Counted from the first letter of the whole stretch, positions 1-13,764 are shown. The stretch: 62,980 nucleotides of DNA, filler included, from Octopus bimaculoides (GCF_001194135.2; 3 parts of 2 records of this genome joined end to end with filler, not necessarily neighbours in it), one strand, 5' to 3'. The notes: generated by a model from the sequence alone, not told the origin. Made by a program: numbers and translations.

Positions 1-118
1 GAAAGAGAGAGAGAAAAGAAATTTGGAAAAAAAAAAACAATTGTTTATTCAGAATCATATTTATGTATTTTTAAGCGGAAATACGCCTTGTGTTTAAAAA
101 AAAATAAATAAAAAACAT

Positions 119-638
119 CCACGTGTTATTAAGGGTGCTTTTCACGTCATGGTCGAGTCACCGACTAGAAACAGCAGTCAAATTTCCATCAAATTACTTT
201 TAGAGTCTTAGACAAGGAAACGACACAATAGATAACGGAGTCCGATATTCCCTTAAAATGATGAGATGGTCATTACAAGAACGCTCTAGGCGGACCCGGT
301 TTAAACAACTTTTACACACACACACACACACTTTCTTTCCCCTCTTTTCCACTTTTGACTCTTTCTCTCTCTCTCTCTGTTTTCCATTAATTTTCTTCCA
401 GTCTTTTGTTTTTTTTCTCTCGACTTCTTTCTCACTTTCAAGTCCATAACTCCTCTTTTTCTTTCTCTCTAGAGCGTTCCCGCTATGGCCAGCTTCGTCA
501 CTTGAGGGGACTGTCGGACTACCTTATCTATTGTGTCGTTTCCTTGTTTAAGACTAACGGTAATTAGATGGAAATTTGACTGCTATCTCTAGCCGGTAGC
601 GCGACCATGAAGTGGAAAGCTCCTTCAATAACACGTGG
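119..638. repeat. Inverted repeat pair (arms 119-289 and 469-638) of a dispersed repeat family, with a CT/CA-rich spacer
   Basis: The reverse complement of 469-638 aligns end to end with 119-289 (CCACGTGTTATT...ACGCTCTAG), roughly 80% identical. Related copies occur near 15715-15890 and 16555-16761. Confidence 0.85.
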
Positions 639-680
639 TAGACTCCTATTATTATTAATATTAAGAAAGCAGAGGGGTTG

Positions 681-903
681 AAGGCGGTGAGCTGGCAGAA
701 TCGTTAGCACACCGGACAACAATGCTTTGCGACATTTCGTCCGTCTTTACGTTCTGAGTTCAAATTCCGCCGAGGTCAGCTTTGCCTTTTATCCTTTCGG
801 GGGTCGATGAAATAAAGTACCAGTTGAGCACTGAGGTCGATGAAACCGACTAACCACGTTCCCCTAAATTCCAGGCCTTGTGCCTATAGTAGAAAAGATT
901 ATT
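681..903 (+). mobile_element. tRNA-derived SINE, family A
   Basis: Head AAGGCGGTGAGCTGGCAGAATCGTTAGC with Pol III A-box-like TGGCAGAATCG and B-box-like GAGTTCAAATTCC. The same sequence recurs at 18103, 24847, 26337, 45596, 47277 and 52736. Confidence 0.9.
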
Positions 904-2760
904 AATATCTATTCTGACCCAGACGAATCTCTCTCGTTCCTCGGCCGTTTCGCTTTCTTATATTTTCTACTCACCTTGGTTTTATTTTTCCTTCTTCTTG
1001 TCTCTGTCACTGATTTTCATTTTCACTCAATGTTTCACTCAGGCAATCTTTCTTTCCAACCTATATAACATACTTCTGCAGACACTTCTCCTTGTTCACT
1101 CACTCTCTCACTCTACTCCAGGCGTACCTCAACTTCCGTCGGTAATTAGTTTCAAAACAAATGACTTACTCGAAAAAACAATGTAACACGAAAAAGTATT
1201 TCAAAAATAAATTATTAACTCATATCTGTTTTAATAGATTATTTGTACACATTTTAGCATATATTTTATTCGGTTTTCCACTTTAGTATTGGTTTTCAAA
1301 TTCATGTACTTTTAAATGTTTGCTGAAGTTAGGATTTTTTTTCAATTAATTTCTTGCAAAATAAAGAAAAGAAAAAAAGACGTAACTCGAAAAAAAACGT
1401 ACGTTGAGCTATACGTCTGTATTTCCTAATATACTTCTCAGTCTCTCTCTCTTTCTCTCTCCTTGTGTCTCACTCTATCTGTAAATTTATTCTTTCTGTT
1501 TCTCTTTCTTTTGTTCTCTCATTCATTATCTTTTTCTCACTTTTTGCGGAACACACTGGACTATCCGATGAAAACACTTAAGTTTTACTGGATCTAAATA
1601 ACTTGACACATCAAATTGGTCCATTCTACTTTAGCAGAAGCAGAAATTTTCCGTGACATACCTGCACAAGGGTGTTCCCCACCTCTGATTTTTGTTTCCT
1701 CATAACTTTCAGAAAAATGGTTATTTTTTAATGAAATTTTCTACAAATGCNNNNNNNNNNNNNNNNNNNNNNNNNNNNNNNNNNNNNNNNNNNNNNNNNN
1801 NNNNNNNNNNNNNNNNNNNNNNNNNNNNNNNNNNNNNNNNNNNNNNNNNNNNNNNNNNNNNNNNNNNNNNNNNNNNNNNNNNNNNNNNNNNNNNNNNNNN
1901 NNNNNNNNNNNNNNNNNNNNNNNNNNNNNNNNNNNNNNNNNNNNNNNNNNNNNNNNNNNNNNNNNNNNNNNNNNNNNNNNNNNNNNNNNNNNNNNNNNNN
2001 NNNNNNNNNNNNNNNNNNNNNNNNNNNNNNNNNNNNNNNNNNNNNNNNNNNNNNNNNNNNNNNNNNNNNNNNNNNNNNNNNNNNNNNNNNNNNNNNNNNN
2101 NNNNNNNNNNNNNNNNNNNNNNNNNNNNNNNNNNNNNNNNNNNNNNNNNNNNNNNNNNNNNNNNNNNNNNNNNNNNNNNNNNNNNNNNNNNNNNNNNNNN
2201 NNNNNNNNNNNNNNNNNNNNNNNNNNNNNNNNNNNNNNNNNNNNNNNNNNNNNNNNNNNNNNNNNNNNNNNNNNNNNNNNNNNNNNNNNNNNNNNNNNNN
2301 NNNNNNNNNNNNNNNNNNNNNNNNNNNNNNNNNNNNNNNNNNNNNNNNNNNNNNNNNNNNNNNNNNNNNNNNNNNNNNNNNNNNNNNNNNNNNNNNNNNN
2401 NNNNNNNNNNNNNNNNNNNNNNNNNNNNNNNNNNNNNNNNNNNNNNNNNNNNNNNNNNNNNNNNNNNNNNNNNNNNNNNNNNNNNNNNNNNNNNNNNNNN
2501 NNNNNNNNNNNNNNNNNNNNNNNNNNNNNNNNNNNNNNNNNNNNNNNNNNNNNNNNNNNNNNNNNNNNNNNNNNNNNNNNNNNNNNNNNNNNNNNNNNNN
2601 NNNNNNNNNNNNNNNNNNNNNNNNNNNNNNNNNNNNNNNNNNNNNNNNNNNNNNNNNNNNNNNNNNNNNNNNNNNNNNNNNNNNNNNNNNNNNNNNNNNN
2701 NNNNNNNNNNNNNNNNNNNNNNNNNNNNNNNNNNNNNNNNNNNNNNNNNATATATACATA

Positions 2761-2930
2761 TATACGACGGGCTTCTTTCAGTTTCCGTCTACCAAATCCA
2801 CTCACAAGGCTTAGGTCGGCCCGAGGCTATAGTAGAAGACACTTGCTCAAGGTGCCACGCAGTGGGACTGAACTCGGGACCATGTGGTTGGTAAGCAAGC
2901 TACTTACCACACAGCCACTCCTACGCTTAT
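2761..2930 (-). mobile_element. tRNA-derived SINE, family B (5' segment, truncated by gap)
   Basis: Reverse complement reads AGGAGTGGCTGTGTGGTAAG...GTTCAGTCCCACTGCGTGGCACC...GAAAGAAGCCCGTCGTATA; 6 differences from the copy at 3822 over about 160 bp. Confidence 0.9.
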
Positions 2931-3821
2931 GGTTACTTTTTAGTAAAAATTTTCTGAAAATATCTCTCCAATGGTGAAGAATGCGATTATATCGGATTTT
3001 GTGAAATATTTTTCGGAGGCGGGATGAAGTTTCGGATATTTCATACGAGTCAATTTTGTTTCCTCATAACTTTCAGATTATGACTATCAAAATTTAAACT
3101 GAAAAAAAATATTGGTGGGCGAGTACACATACTGATTTGTATAGGTATGCCATTCTCAACTTTAAGCAACTGCGGGAGCGTAAAATTACAAAGCGTTTCG
3201 TTAATTAGGAGTGCTGAGTTCAATTCCTATTGTGGATACAGCTTGACAAAGGATAGTGAGCTTCACCAAGCTGGCATGTCCTCATATATTTCATAAAAGC
3301 GTCTATACGACACAGAAAGTTATGAAACTTTCCATATTGATCTACAAATTAAATTTATTTTTCTTCACATCTCTCTGACGTTCTCATTCCGGCATACCTA
3401 CACAATTGTTCCCCCACTCCGACCGACTTCAGGAAAATACGTATTTTATTATGAATTTTTTTACAAATACTTTTCAGATGGTGTACATTATGATCATTTC
3501 AGATTTAATGTAAAGAAAAAGAGAAAAAATAAACAGAACAGGTGGGCGCTCACACAGATACTGACATGTATTTTTTCCAAACTTTCAAGTTTTCATTCCG
3601 TGATGCGTGCCAGTACGTATGTGTGCTCGCTCACCAGTTTTTTAATTTCACATTAAATTCCGATATAATCGTAACCTACATACACCATTTCAAAGACATT
3701 TGTAGAAAGTTTCACAAAGAAATACCCAATTTTTATAAGTTATGAGGAAACAAAGTCGTCTCGTGTGACACATCCAAAACTCCTCTACACCAACTCCGAA
3801 AACGATTTTCACAAAATACTT

Positions 3822-3998
3822 GAGGCTCAGGAGTGGCTGTGTGGTAAGTAGCTTGCTTACCAACCACATGGTTCCAGGTTCAGTCCCACTGCGTGGCACC
3901 TTGGGAAAGTGTCTTCTACTATAGCCTCGGGCCGACCAAAGCCTTGTGAGTGGATTTGGTAGACGGAAACTGAAAGAAGCCCGTCGTATATATTTATG

Positions 3999-4029
<31 letters not shown>

Positions 4030-4240
4030 TTGTGTGTGTGTGTTTGTCCCCCCAACTTCGCTTGACAACCGATGCTGGTGTGTTTACGTCCCCGTAACTT
4101 AGCGGTTCGGCAAAAGTGACCGATAGAATAAGTACTAGGCTTACAAAGAATAAGTCCTGGGGTCGATTTGCTCGGCTAAAGGCGGTGCTCCAGCATGGCC
4201 GCAGTCAAATGACTGAAACAATTAAAAGAGTAAAAAGAGT
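3822..4240 (+). mobile_element. tRNA-derived SINE, family B, full length with internal (TA)/(TG) microsatellite
   Basis: A/B-box-like head, internal microsatellite at about 3987-4042, and 3' segment ending GCAGTCAAATGACTGAAACA-A-rich. Same architecture as 56583-56968. Confidence 0.9.
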
Positions 4241-4589
4241 ATATGTGGAACGCATTTATAGAAAATTTCATATAAAAAATAGCCATTTTTCTGAAAGTTA
4301 TGAGGAAACAAAGTCGGCGTGACGACACATTTTGTCCAGGTATGTCCTCATTCCTACATTCATTTTTCAGACTTAGAACATTTTCCTTCGACGTCCACAA
4401 CCTCTCTTTCTAAGATTTTTACAATTCGTTTCAGGCCATCAGGGGTGAAATAAAACTCCCCAAAACTTTCGTCCATTCATGAGCATCAACTCTCTTTCTC
4501 GTTACATTCATACATTTTCACTATCGCTCTGTCAGCTACTCGTTGTCTTACATAGCGTACTTCTTTTTTCTTTTTCTCTTTCTTTTTTC

Positions 4590-5310
4590 ATTCTTTTCGT
4601 TCCAGTCGTTGGACTGCGACCATGCTGGGGCATTGCCTTGAAGTAGTTTTACCGAAATAAATCAACTCCAGTATATTTAACAAAAAAAAAAATTCCGTTT
4701 TATTTTATCGGGCTCTTTTGCCGAACTGCCAACCATGGTAACGTAAACAAACCAATACCGATTATTAAGTGGTGGAGGCACAGACACAAGCTGTTGGCAC
4801 TCCGTCGCTTACGACGACGAGGGTTCCAGTCAATCCGATCAATGGAACAGCCTGCTCGTGGAATTAACGTGCAAGTGCCTGAGCACTCCACAGACACGTG
4901 TACCCTTAACGTAATTCTCTGGGATATTCAGCGTGACACAGTGTGACAAGGCTCACCCTTTGAATTACAGGCACAACAGAAACAGGAAGTAAGAGTGAGA
5001 GAAAGTTGTGGTGGAAGAGTACAGCAGGGTTCGCCACCATCCCCTGCCGGAGCCTCGTGGAGCTTTTAGGTGTTTTCGCTCAATAAACACTCACAACGCC
5101 CGGTCTGGGAATCGAAACCGCGATCCTACGACCGCGAGTCCGCTGCCCTAACCACTGGGCCATTGCGCCTCTACGACAGATACAAGCATAAAGACACACA
5201 CACACACACATAGATGTATGTATTACGTCAGGCTTCTTTCAGTTTCCGTTTATCGAATCCACTAACACCTGGGTCAGCTCGGGGCTATAATAGAAGACTT
5301 TTCACCTTTT
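4590..5310 (-). mobile_element. Older family B SINE split by a family C insertion
   Basis: 3' segment at 4590-4791 and microsatellite plus 5' segment at 5173-5310 flank the family C copy. Confidence 0.65.
4792..5172 (-). mobile_element. tRNA-derived SINE, family C, full length
   Basis: Reverse complement starts AGAGGCGCAATGGCCCAGTGGTTAGGGC, with B-box-like GGTTTCGATTCCC and end GGAGTGCCAACA. Flanks ACAGACACAAGC / ACAGATACAAGC (11/12) look like a TSD. Near-identical to 40259-40636. Confidence 0.9.
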
Positions 5311-6619
5311 ACCCGTTTCTTGCTTCAGTCGTTTGACTGCGGCCATCGGCTCCAGCATTTAAGTTTTTTAAAAGCCTGTGGTTCATTCTATCGGACTGTT
5401 TTGTCGAACTTCTAGATTACGGGAGCGCAAACAAAGCAACACCGGTTTTCAAGCGTTGGCGAAGAAACAAATTAAATATATACTTATAGGGCAATTATAT
5501 GTATATATTCATATATATACAGGCTTCTTTCAGTTTCCATCTCCCAAATTCAAGACTATAGCTGAAGAAACTTCCTTTTGTACCCCTCACAAAAAAACAG
5601 CTCCTTATTTTATTTATTTATTTTTTCTACACAGACCTCCATTTTCGGCTACGAAGAATATGAACCTGCAAAAAAATTGGTGAAAATCAGCATTTTGAAA
5701 TTACCCCCCCATAAAATTTTCATTTTTAACTTTTTTTAGAAATTTTTTTTTTTTCAAAATATGCAGAAAAATACGGAGATTATGTAAAAAGTTTTTTAAA
5801 TATTTCTACTTAGGGTTNNNNNNNNNNNNNNNNNNNNNNNNNNNNNNNNNNNNNNNNNNNNNNNNNNNNNNNNNNNNNNNNNNNNNNNNNNNNNNNNNNN
5901 NNNNNNNNNNNNNNNNNNNNNNNNNNNNNNNNNNNNNNNNNNNNNNNNNNNNNNNNNNNNNNNNNNNNNNNNNNNNNNNNNNNNNNNNNNNNNNNNAATT
6001 CAAAAAATAATTTGCGAGAAAATGGGGGTGGGGGCGGGAGGAAGTCTTTCCGAAACTTGGCCAAAGTGTCACGCAGTGGGACTGAACCCAGATTTGGAAG
6101 AAAACTGCTTGCGCCTGCGCCCACGCATATTTATTGTTTGTTAACAATAGTGTTGTCAGTTACTTTAGAAGTTTCGGCCAGCTTAGCCTTCAGTGACATC
6201 GGTGAGAGCTAAGCAGGCCGATACTTCGAAGGCACTGTCAGCACGATTTGTGTGAAAGAAAGAATATGCTTGCCTTGAGAAGAGATTTGACAAACGGAAA
6301 CTGCGGGCGTATCTGTGATTCAGTCGCACCGCTTGGCAACCGGTGTTGGTTCGTTCACGCCCTTGCAGTCTAGCAGTTCGGTAAAAACTGAATGACGGAA
6401 TAAGTACGTCACTAACTACCCCACTATAATATATACATATATATATGTGTGTGTGTGTGTGTGTAGATAGATAGATAGATGGATAGATAGATATAGATAT
6501 AGAGGATCCGATATAGATACACACACACCATCTCTTCAAATTTTTATGCCATTTATTTATCATTCATACTCGATCTCACTCACAAAACTATATAAACTCG
6601 AACCAACAAGCTTTGTTTA

Positions 6620-7470
6620 TAAATTTTTTTCCAACTACCCCTCTCTCTCTCTGGCTCTGTTTCTCCTCTCCCTTCGACCTCTCTCTCTCTCTCTCACTCA
6701 TAGTTTCTTCCTTTCCTTTCTCTAACTCGTTTTCTTCTTTCTCTCTTTCTTCTTCCATCTTTTTCTATCACACTTTCTTTCTATCCCTCATTTTCTCTCG
6801 CTCATTTACTTCGTTCTCTCGTTCCCACGTACACTTCCTTCCTTCTTTGTTTCTCTTCCACACGCTTTTCCTCTCCACACATTCCACCCCTCAATTCTTT
6901 TTCTTCGCACTTTCCCCCTTTCTTCTTCTTCTTTCTTACTTTTTCTTTCTCTTCACACCAACTTTCTCTCACTTTCTTTCTCTCCACATTTCCCCCTCTC
7001 TTATTTCTATCACCTCTCACTATACCCCTCTCACATTAACTTCCTTCTCTCTTTCTCTCACATTTTTCTCCCTCTCTCACTCACTACATCTCCATCTCTC
7101 TCTTACACATTTCTTTCTTCTCTCTTTCACCTCCCCTCTCACTTTTTTTTCTTTCACTCCATCTTTCACTACTTTTCCCTCTCACTCCACCCCTCTCACA
7201 GTTACTTCTCACTTTCTCTTCACTCCTCCCCTCTCCCAAACTTTATTCATTCTTCTTCTCTTCCACCACACCTACCACCCTACCACTTCTTTCTCTTCTC
7301 ACAATCCACCTCTCACTATCACCCCCTCTCACTTTCTCATAAAATCTCCCATCACTCTCTCTCTCACTCTTTCTCTTTCCTCTCTCTCCCTTACCCTCTC
7401 ATTCTTTATCTCTCTCGGACGTACACACACACACACATACTCACACATTACTTCCATCTCACTAAATCCT
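6620..7470. repeat. Long pyrimidine-rich (CT/CTT/CAC) low-complexity tract
   Basis: The + strand is almost devoid of G over about 850 bp. Confidence 0.9.
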
Positions 7471-7787
7471 TGTCTCACTTTTTTTAAGACATCACTCCAT
7501 GTATATATACACATATATATACACATATATAACTATATGAATGAAACAATGAACAGTTTTACAGAGTTTGCTCCCACGACACCCGTTGCTCGGTATTACA
7601 ACAATAATTACGATCACACACGTCTGGTCCGTCAACTAGTTTGACCATAGGCGCCAATCCCTCCTTCTGCCATCGTTTTGCCCCACATCAGTCACCAACT
7701 CCTATGGCTTGTAAAGGGAGAAACGGTTATTGTTTCTGGCTCTTGTCTTACTTCGATGTTCAACGTAACCGTTTAGGGCAAGACGCA

Positions 7788-7830
<43 letters not shown>

Positions 7831-8241
7831 NNNNNNNNNNNNNNNNNNNNNNNNNNNNNNNNNNNNNNNNNNNNNNNNNNNNNNNNNNNNNNNNNNNNNN
7901 NNNNNNNNNNNNNNNNNNNNNNNNNNNNNNNNNNNNNNNNNNNNNNNNNNNNNNNNNNNNNNNNNNNNNNNNNNNNNNNNNNNNNNNNNNNNNNNNNNNN
8001 NNNNNNNNNNNNNNNNNNNNNNNNNNNNNNNNNNNNNNNNNNNNNNNNNNNNNNNNNNNNNNNNNNNNNNNNNNNNNNNNNNNNNNNNNNNNNNNNNNNN
8101 NNNNNNNNNNNNNNNNNNNNNNNNNNNNNNNNNNNNNNNNNNNNNNNNNNNNNNNNNNNNNNNNNNNNNNNNNNNNNNNNNNNNNNNNNNNNNNNNNNNN
8201 NNNNNNNNNNNNNNNNNNNNNNNNNNNNNNNNNNNNNNNNN

Positions 8242-8280
<39 letters not shown>

Positions 8281-8408
8281 GTATATATATAATATATATA
8301 TAGATAGATAGATATGTATACACACACATACGCAGACATACGTATTACCTTTTCATAGCAATATACTCGAGCGTGACCCATAAACGTTCATCTAGACACT
8401 GACGTATG

Positions 8409-8439
<31 letters not shown>

Positions 8440-8958
8440 ATTATACATACATATATGTTTGTGTGTATGTATATATATATGTAATAGGAATATGCATATA
8501 TGATTCTTATAGTCATCTGTAAAGTTAAACACGCATATACATATATATACGTATATATATATACATATACATCTATATATTTGTAAATAATATACGTATA
8601 TATATATATATATATATGTATATGTTTGAATATATATAAATATATTATACACACACACACATACACGTGTGTATTCACAAAAGTAGATATCTTGTGCGAG
8701 AACATCAACACGCCTGTATATAAGTGTGTGAGTGTGTGTGTGTGTGTGTGTGTGTTTGCCGATTATATTATACATAACATGTACACTATGTAGGTGTCTA
8801 AGTCATAATCACACGTATGTATACATTTATATATGCCCACGTATATACATTTACATACGAATACATGTGAATTACTTCAATCATACCTAATTTTCATTCA
8901 AGTGTATATACTGATATATCTATTCGGTACATGCGTGTATGTGTGTGTGTATATATAT

Positions 8959-8996
<38 letters not shown>

Positions 8997-9337
8997 TTAT
9001 ACATACATACATACATCCGTATATTTCATGTATATATTTATATGTATGTATGCCCAATATATATATATGTGTATAGGATGTCCCATAAGTCAGGAAATAT
9101 TCAAATATTGTTATGTTCGAAAGCCTGACATACTTATGGGACAAGAGTTATACCGTTGTATGTTCATGCATACAGCTACATACATACATAAATACATACG
9201 TTCATTAACGCAATTATATATGTATTCATATAAAATGCAGAGAACTACATGCGTATGTATACATATATACATGATATGTATATATATATATAATACATAC
9301 ATATATATACATATATGTAAATAAATATATATATATT

Positions 9338-9442
<105 letters not shown>

Positions 9443-9793
9443 AAAACCACATGTTTATGCATGACTACATGACTGTCTACATATATATTATATATACGTG
9501 TATATATTGTGTGTGTATATATCTATATGATGTGTATATATAAATTAAGGTCATATTTTGCCCCTCCTATATGCATGTACGTATAAGAAATTATAACTGG
9601 ATATGTATATATGGATGAGCTCTATACAAAATAACTACCCACACAAATAGGAGTGTGTGTGTGTGTATGTGTGTGCGTGCGTGTGTGCGTGTGTGTGTAC
9701 GTACGATTTTAGCCTGACGTGTAGCAGTGAGAGGTGAGTGCGTGATTGTGTTTATATAGCTATACACTTCGTCATACATATACAGACATAGTT

Positions 9794-9829
<36 letters not shown>

Positions 9830-10062
9830 ACAGACACACACACAAAGTGATGTAAACGTCTGTGAGTGTGCATATGGCATATCGTCTGTGTGTGTGTATA
9901 TGTGCGTTATAGCATAGACGTTTATGTATTTGGGTGTATATCTGTGTATATGTATGCAATTACATATTGTTCACATACGCATATACATAGATGCATATAT
10001 ATATGGATAATATATTTATGTATGTATATATGTATGCATATATTGGATAACATATTTATGCT

Positions 10063-10108
<46 letters not shown>

Positions 10109-10252
10109 AGTTCATGGGTTTATGTATATACTTGTGTATGTATGCATTTTCTGTGTGTGTATATACATGTACGTATATATGCATATACTCATTTAATATT
10201 TGTATTATATATATACATATATATACATTGCGTGCGTGTACCTTTACGTATC

Positions 10253-10342
<90 letters not shown>

Positions 10343-11043
10343 TTATGCATCTATATATATATATCTATATATATATACATACACACATGTTTATATGTAT
10401 GTGTGTGTGTGTGTTTCTCAGAATTTGTTGCAAAGAGCGATGTGGATGGAAGTCCATTGGTAACCACATACAGAAAAAGGTACCACGACTCACCTCATAT
10501 TCTCCCGCAGAGGCAGGAAGACGTCTATAGTTACATACACACCTACACACACACATACAGGCTGGCACGCAAACGCACACATTCACACAAATATACACAG
10601 GTACACACACACGCACACACACACACACACACACTCACACGCACATACGCACACAGAACCAGTCACATAGTAACAAACAGACGTGTGCATAAAGTTCGTG
10701 TACATGATACTGAGCTATATACACATTCATACATTTATACATATGTATATATACATGTATGCATATACACATGTATATATATATATATGTATCTATATAT
10801 ATGTATGTATATATACATATATACCTATGTGTGTGTGTTCATGTATAACTGCATATATGTATGTGTAAATATGTATGTATGTATATATATATATGCATAT
10901 ATATATACACACAATTGCTCTATTAAAGCGTCTCCGTTCTTCATGATGACACGTTTTCTCCTTATCTATACTCATGTCTACACATACACACATGCATATA
11001 CACATTCAGAACTATATAGATGATTACGTATATAAATATGTAT

Positions 11044-11076
<33 letters not shown>

Positions 11077-11386
11077 TATATATATNNNNNNNNNNATATA
11101 TATATATATATATATATACATGCATGTATACATACATATATATGTATACATACATACGTATATATATATATGCATATCCATATATATGTGTGTATATACA
11201 TACACGCATATATATATACATATACACACACATCTTGTACGTATAATTCTGAGTGTATACATATTTCTACCTGATACAAGTACTTATTCGTTGGCCTCTG
11301 TCTATCAATAGAACTCTGTGTGGTTGAATGTGGGTGTATGTATGTATACTTGTACGTATGTATTTATGTATGTAATTATATATGTA

Positions 11387-11432
<46 letters not shown>

Positions 11433-11625
11433 TATATATTTATATATAGTTTGATATTATTATATATGTGTGTATGCATGTGTATGCATGTGTCTAAGTA
11501 ATCATAAGTATGCATTGATGTACATATACACTCACACACAAACACATACACACAATTACAAATCCTTTCGTGGGCATAAACTAACACAAACAGGTATACG
11601 AACGGAAATATATATATAAAACGAT

Positions 11626-11669
<44 letters not shown>

Positions 11670-12282
11670 NNNNNNNNNNNNNNNNNNNNNNNNNNNNNNN
11701 NNNNNNNNNNNNNNNNNNNNNNNNNNNNNNNNNNNNNNNNNNNNNNNNNNNNNNNNNNNNNNNNNNNNNNNNNNNNNNNNNNNNNNNNNNNNNNNNNNNN
11801 NNNNNNNNNNNNNNNNNNNNNNNNNNNNNNNNNNNNNNNNNNNNNNNNNNNNNNNNNNNNNNNNNNNNNNNNNNNNNNNNNNNNNNNNNNNNNNNNNNNN
11901 NNNNNNNNNNNNNNNNNNNNNNNNNNNNNNNNNNNNNNNNNNNNNNNNNNNNNNNNNNNNNNNNNNNNNNNNNNNNNNNNNNNNNNNNNNNNNNNNNNNN
12001 NNNNNNNNNNNNNNNNNNNNNNNNNNNNNNNNNNNNNNNNNNNNNNNNNNNNNNNNNNNNNNNNNNNNNNNNNNNNNNNNNNNNNNNNNNNNNNNNNNNN
12101 NNNNNNNNNNNNNNNNNNNNNNNNNNNNNNNNNNNNNNNNNNNNNNNNNNNNNNNNNNNNNNNNNNNNNNNNNNNNNNNNNNNNNNNNNNNNNNNNNNNN
12201 NNNNNNNNNNNNNNNNNNNNNNNNNNNNNNNNNNNNNNNNNNNNNNNNNNNNNNNNNNNNNNNNNNNNNNNNNNNNNNNNNN

Positions 12283-12320
<38 letters not shown>

Positions 12321-12925
12321 ATATATATGTATTGTATATATATATTGTACTGTCGTCATATGAGTATACTGCATATCAACGTCTATATGTCTACGTGTGT
12401 GTATGTATATATACATACACACATATATTTGTATACAGGTATATACATATATATATGTTTACAGATAAATGCATGCATATATATATTCATACACATCTAT
12501 GTCTATGTATGCATCTCTCTGTCTGTCTGTCTGTCTGTCTGTATATATGTATGTCTGTATGTATGTATGTGTGTAGGTGTGCATGCATAGGAGAGAGTGT
12601 GTATACGTATAGCATGTATATACATCAACACGCTCGCAGATCTATCTGTCTTGACTAAGTTATTTTCTATTACGTTTGTATTTGTGAGTGAGGTGCAAAT
12701 ACATTCGGTACACACGTGTGTATGAACTCGCTTCTATGACTATAGCATACACACATACATCTATCTATCTATATATATATATATATACATGTACTATATG
12801 TATGCATATAAATCTATGATTTACGATGTCAATACGTGAGTATGCGTGTGCATTATTGTGTGTGTATAATATATATTCACACACACATAAACATACTTAT
12901 ATACGTATGTACATGTATTTATATG

Positions 12926-12997
<72 letters not shown>

Positions 12998-13125
12998 NNN
13001 NNNNNNNNNNNNNNNNNNNNNNNNNNNNNNNNNNNNNNNNNNNNNNNNNNNNNNNNNNNNNNNNNNNNNATATATATACATATATATATATATATATGTA
13101 TATATGTACATATAAGTATCTTTCA

Positions 13126-13168
<43 letters not shown>

Positions 13169-13484
13169 AATATATATGCGTGCGTGCGTATGTGTGTGTG
13201 CGTGCATGTGTATATATATATGTATGTATTTTTGTATATACATTCATACATACATGTATATTCATACATATCTATGTCTGTCTTCTCTGTACATATGAAT
13301 GCATTTAATACATACATCGATATGGTGGCGTGGACTAGGTCGCTCTGTTTTGGCAGACATACACATATATGATAGCTTCACGTAGACATGAAACCGAATG
13401 CATTAATATAAACAGACATATACACATATTCAAGGCTTATATATATATATACGTGACATGTATATAGGGATATTCATATATGTA

Positions 13485-13517
<33 letters not shown>

Positions 13518-13617
13518 NNNNNNNNNNNNNNNNNNNNNNNNNNNNNNNNNNNNNNNNNNNNTTAATTAATTAANNNNNNNNNNNNNNNNNNNNNNNNNNN
13601 NNNNNNNNNNNNNNNNN
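13518..13617. other. Scaffold-join marker (assembly artefact): 44 N + TTAATTAATTAA + 44 N
   Basis: Exactly 100 bp. An identical construct occurs at 31663-31762. Confidence 0.9.
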
Positions 13618-13764
13618 GCCCGTGCGAAACGTTACAACAACAGATTCCATAAATGTCACAACTATTCCCAGATACAACCAACAGCAATTCACACAGCCCT
13701 CACAGAGCAACACAGCAGCACCCACAACAATTCACCAATTTCGCATGACACGAGACGTCTCACA

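Larger units (their letters stand above)
1655..4350. repeat. Cluster of foldback/MITE arm fragments in both orientations
   Basis: Motif TTTGTTTCCTCATAACTTTCAGAAAAATGG and its flanks occur forward at about 1655-1750, 2995-3140 and 3385-3565, and reversed at about 3608-3815 and 4252-4350. Confidence 0.6.

Noticed and set aside
681-800. tRNA genes (A/B-box sequences here and at other SINE heads)
   Set aside because: There is no clear cloverleaf, and each continues into a shared non-tRNA body, so these are SINE heads.
1692-2894. Long ORFs (300-400 aa) spanning N runs, here and at other gaps
   Set aside because: N codons cannot be stops, so these ORFs are artefacts of the gaps.
5811-5817. TTAGGGT at a gap edge as a fourth telomeric element
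   Set aside because: Only a single repeat is visible, and there is no recognisable T1-T3 arm in the flanks.
6613-7644. 343-aa F/S/L/T-rich ORF
   Set aside because: A G-poor pyrimidine tract rarely forms stop codons; the ORF is low complexity with no domain.
13562-13573. Isolated palindrome TTAATTAATTAA inside gaps (also 31707-31718)
   Set aside because: Identical 44+12+44 layout twice, with stops in all six frames: an assembler join marker, not biology.
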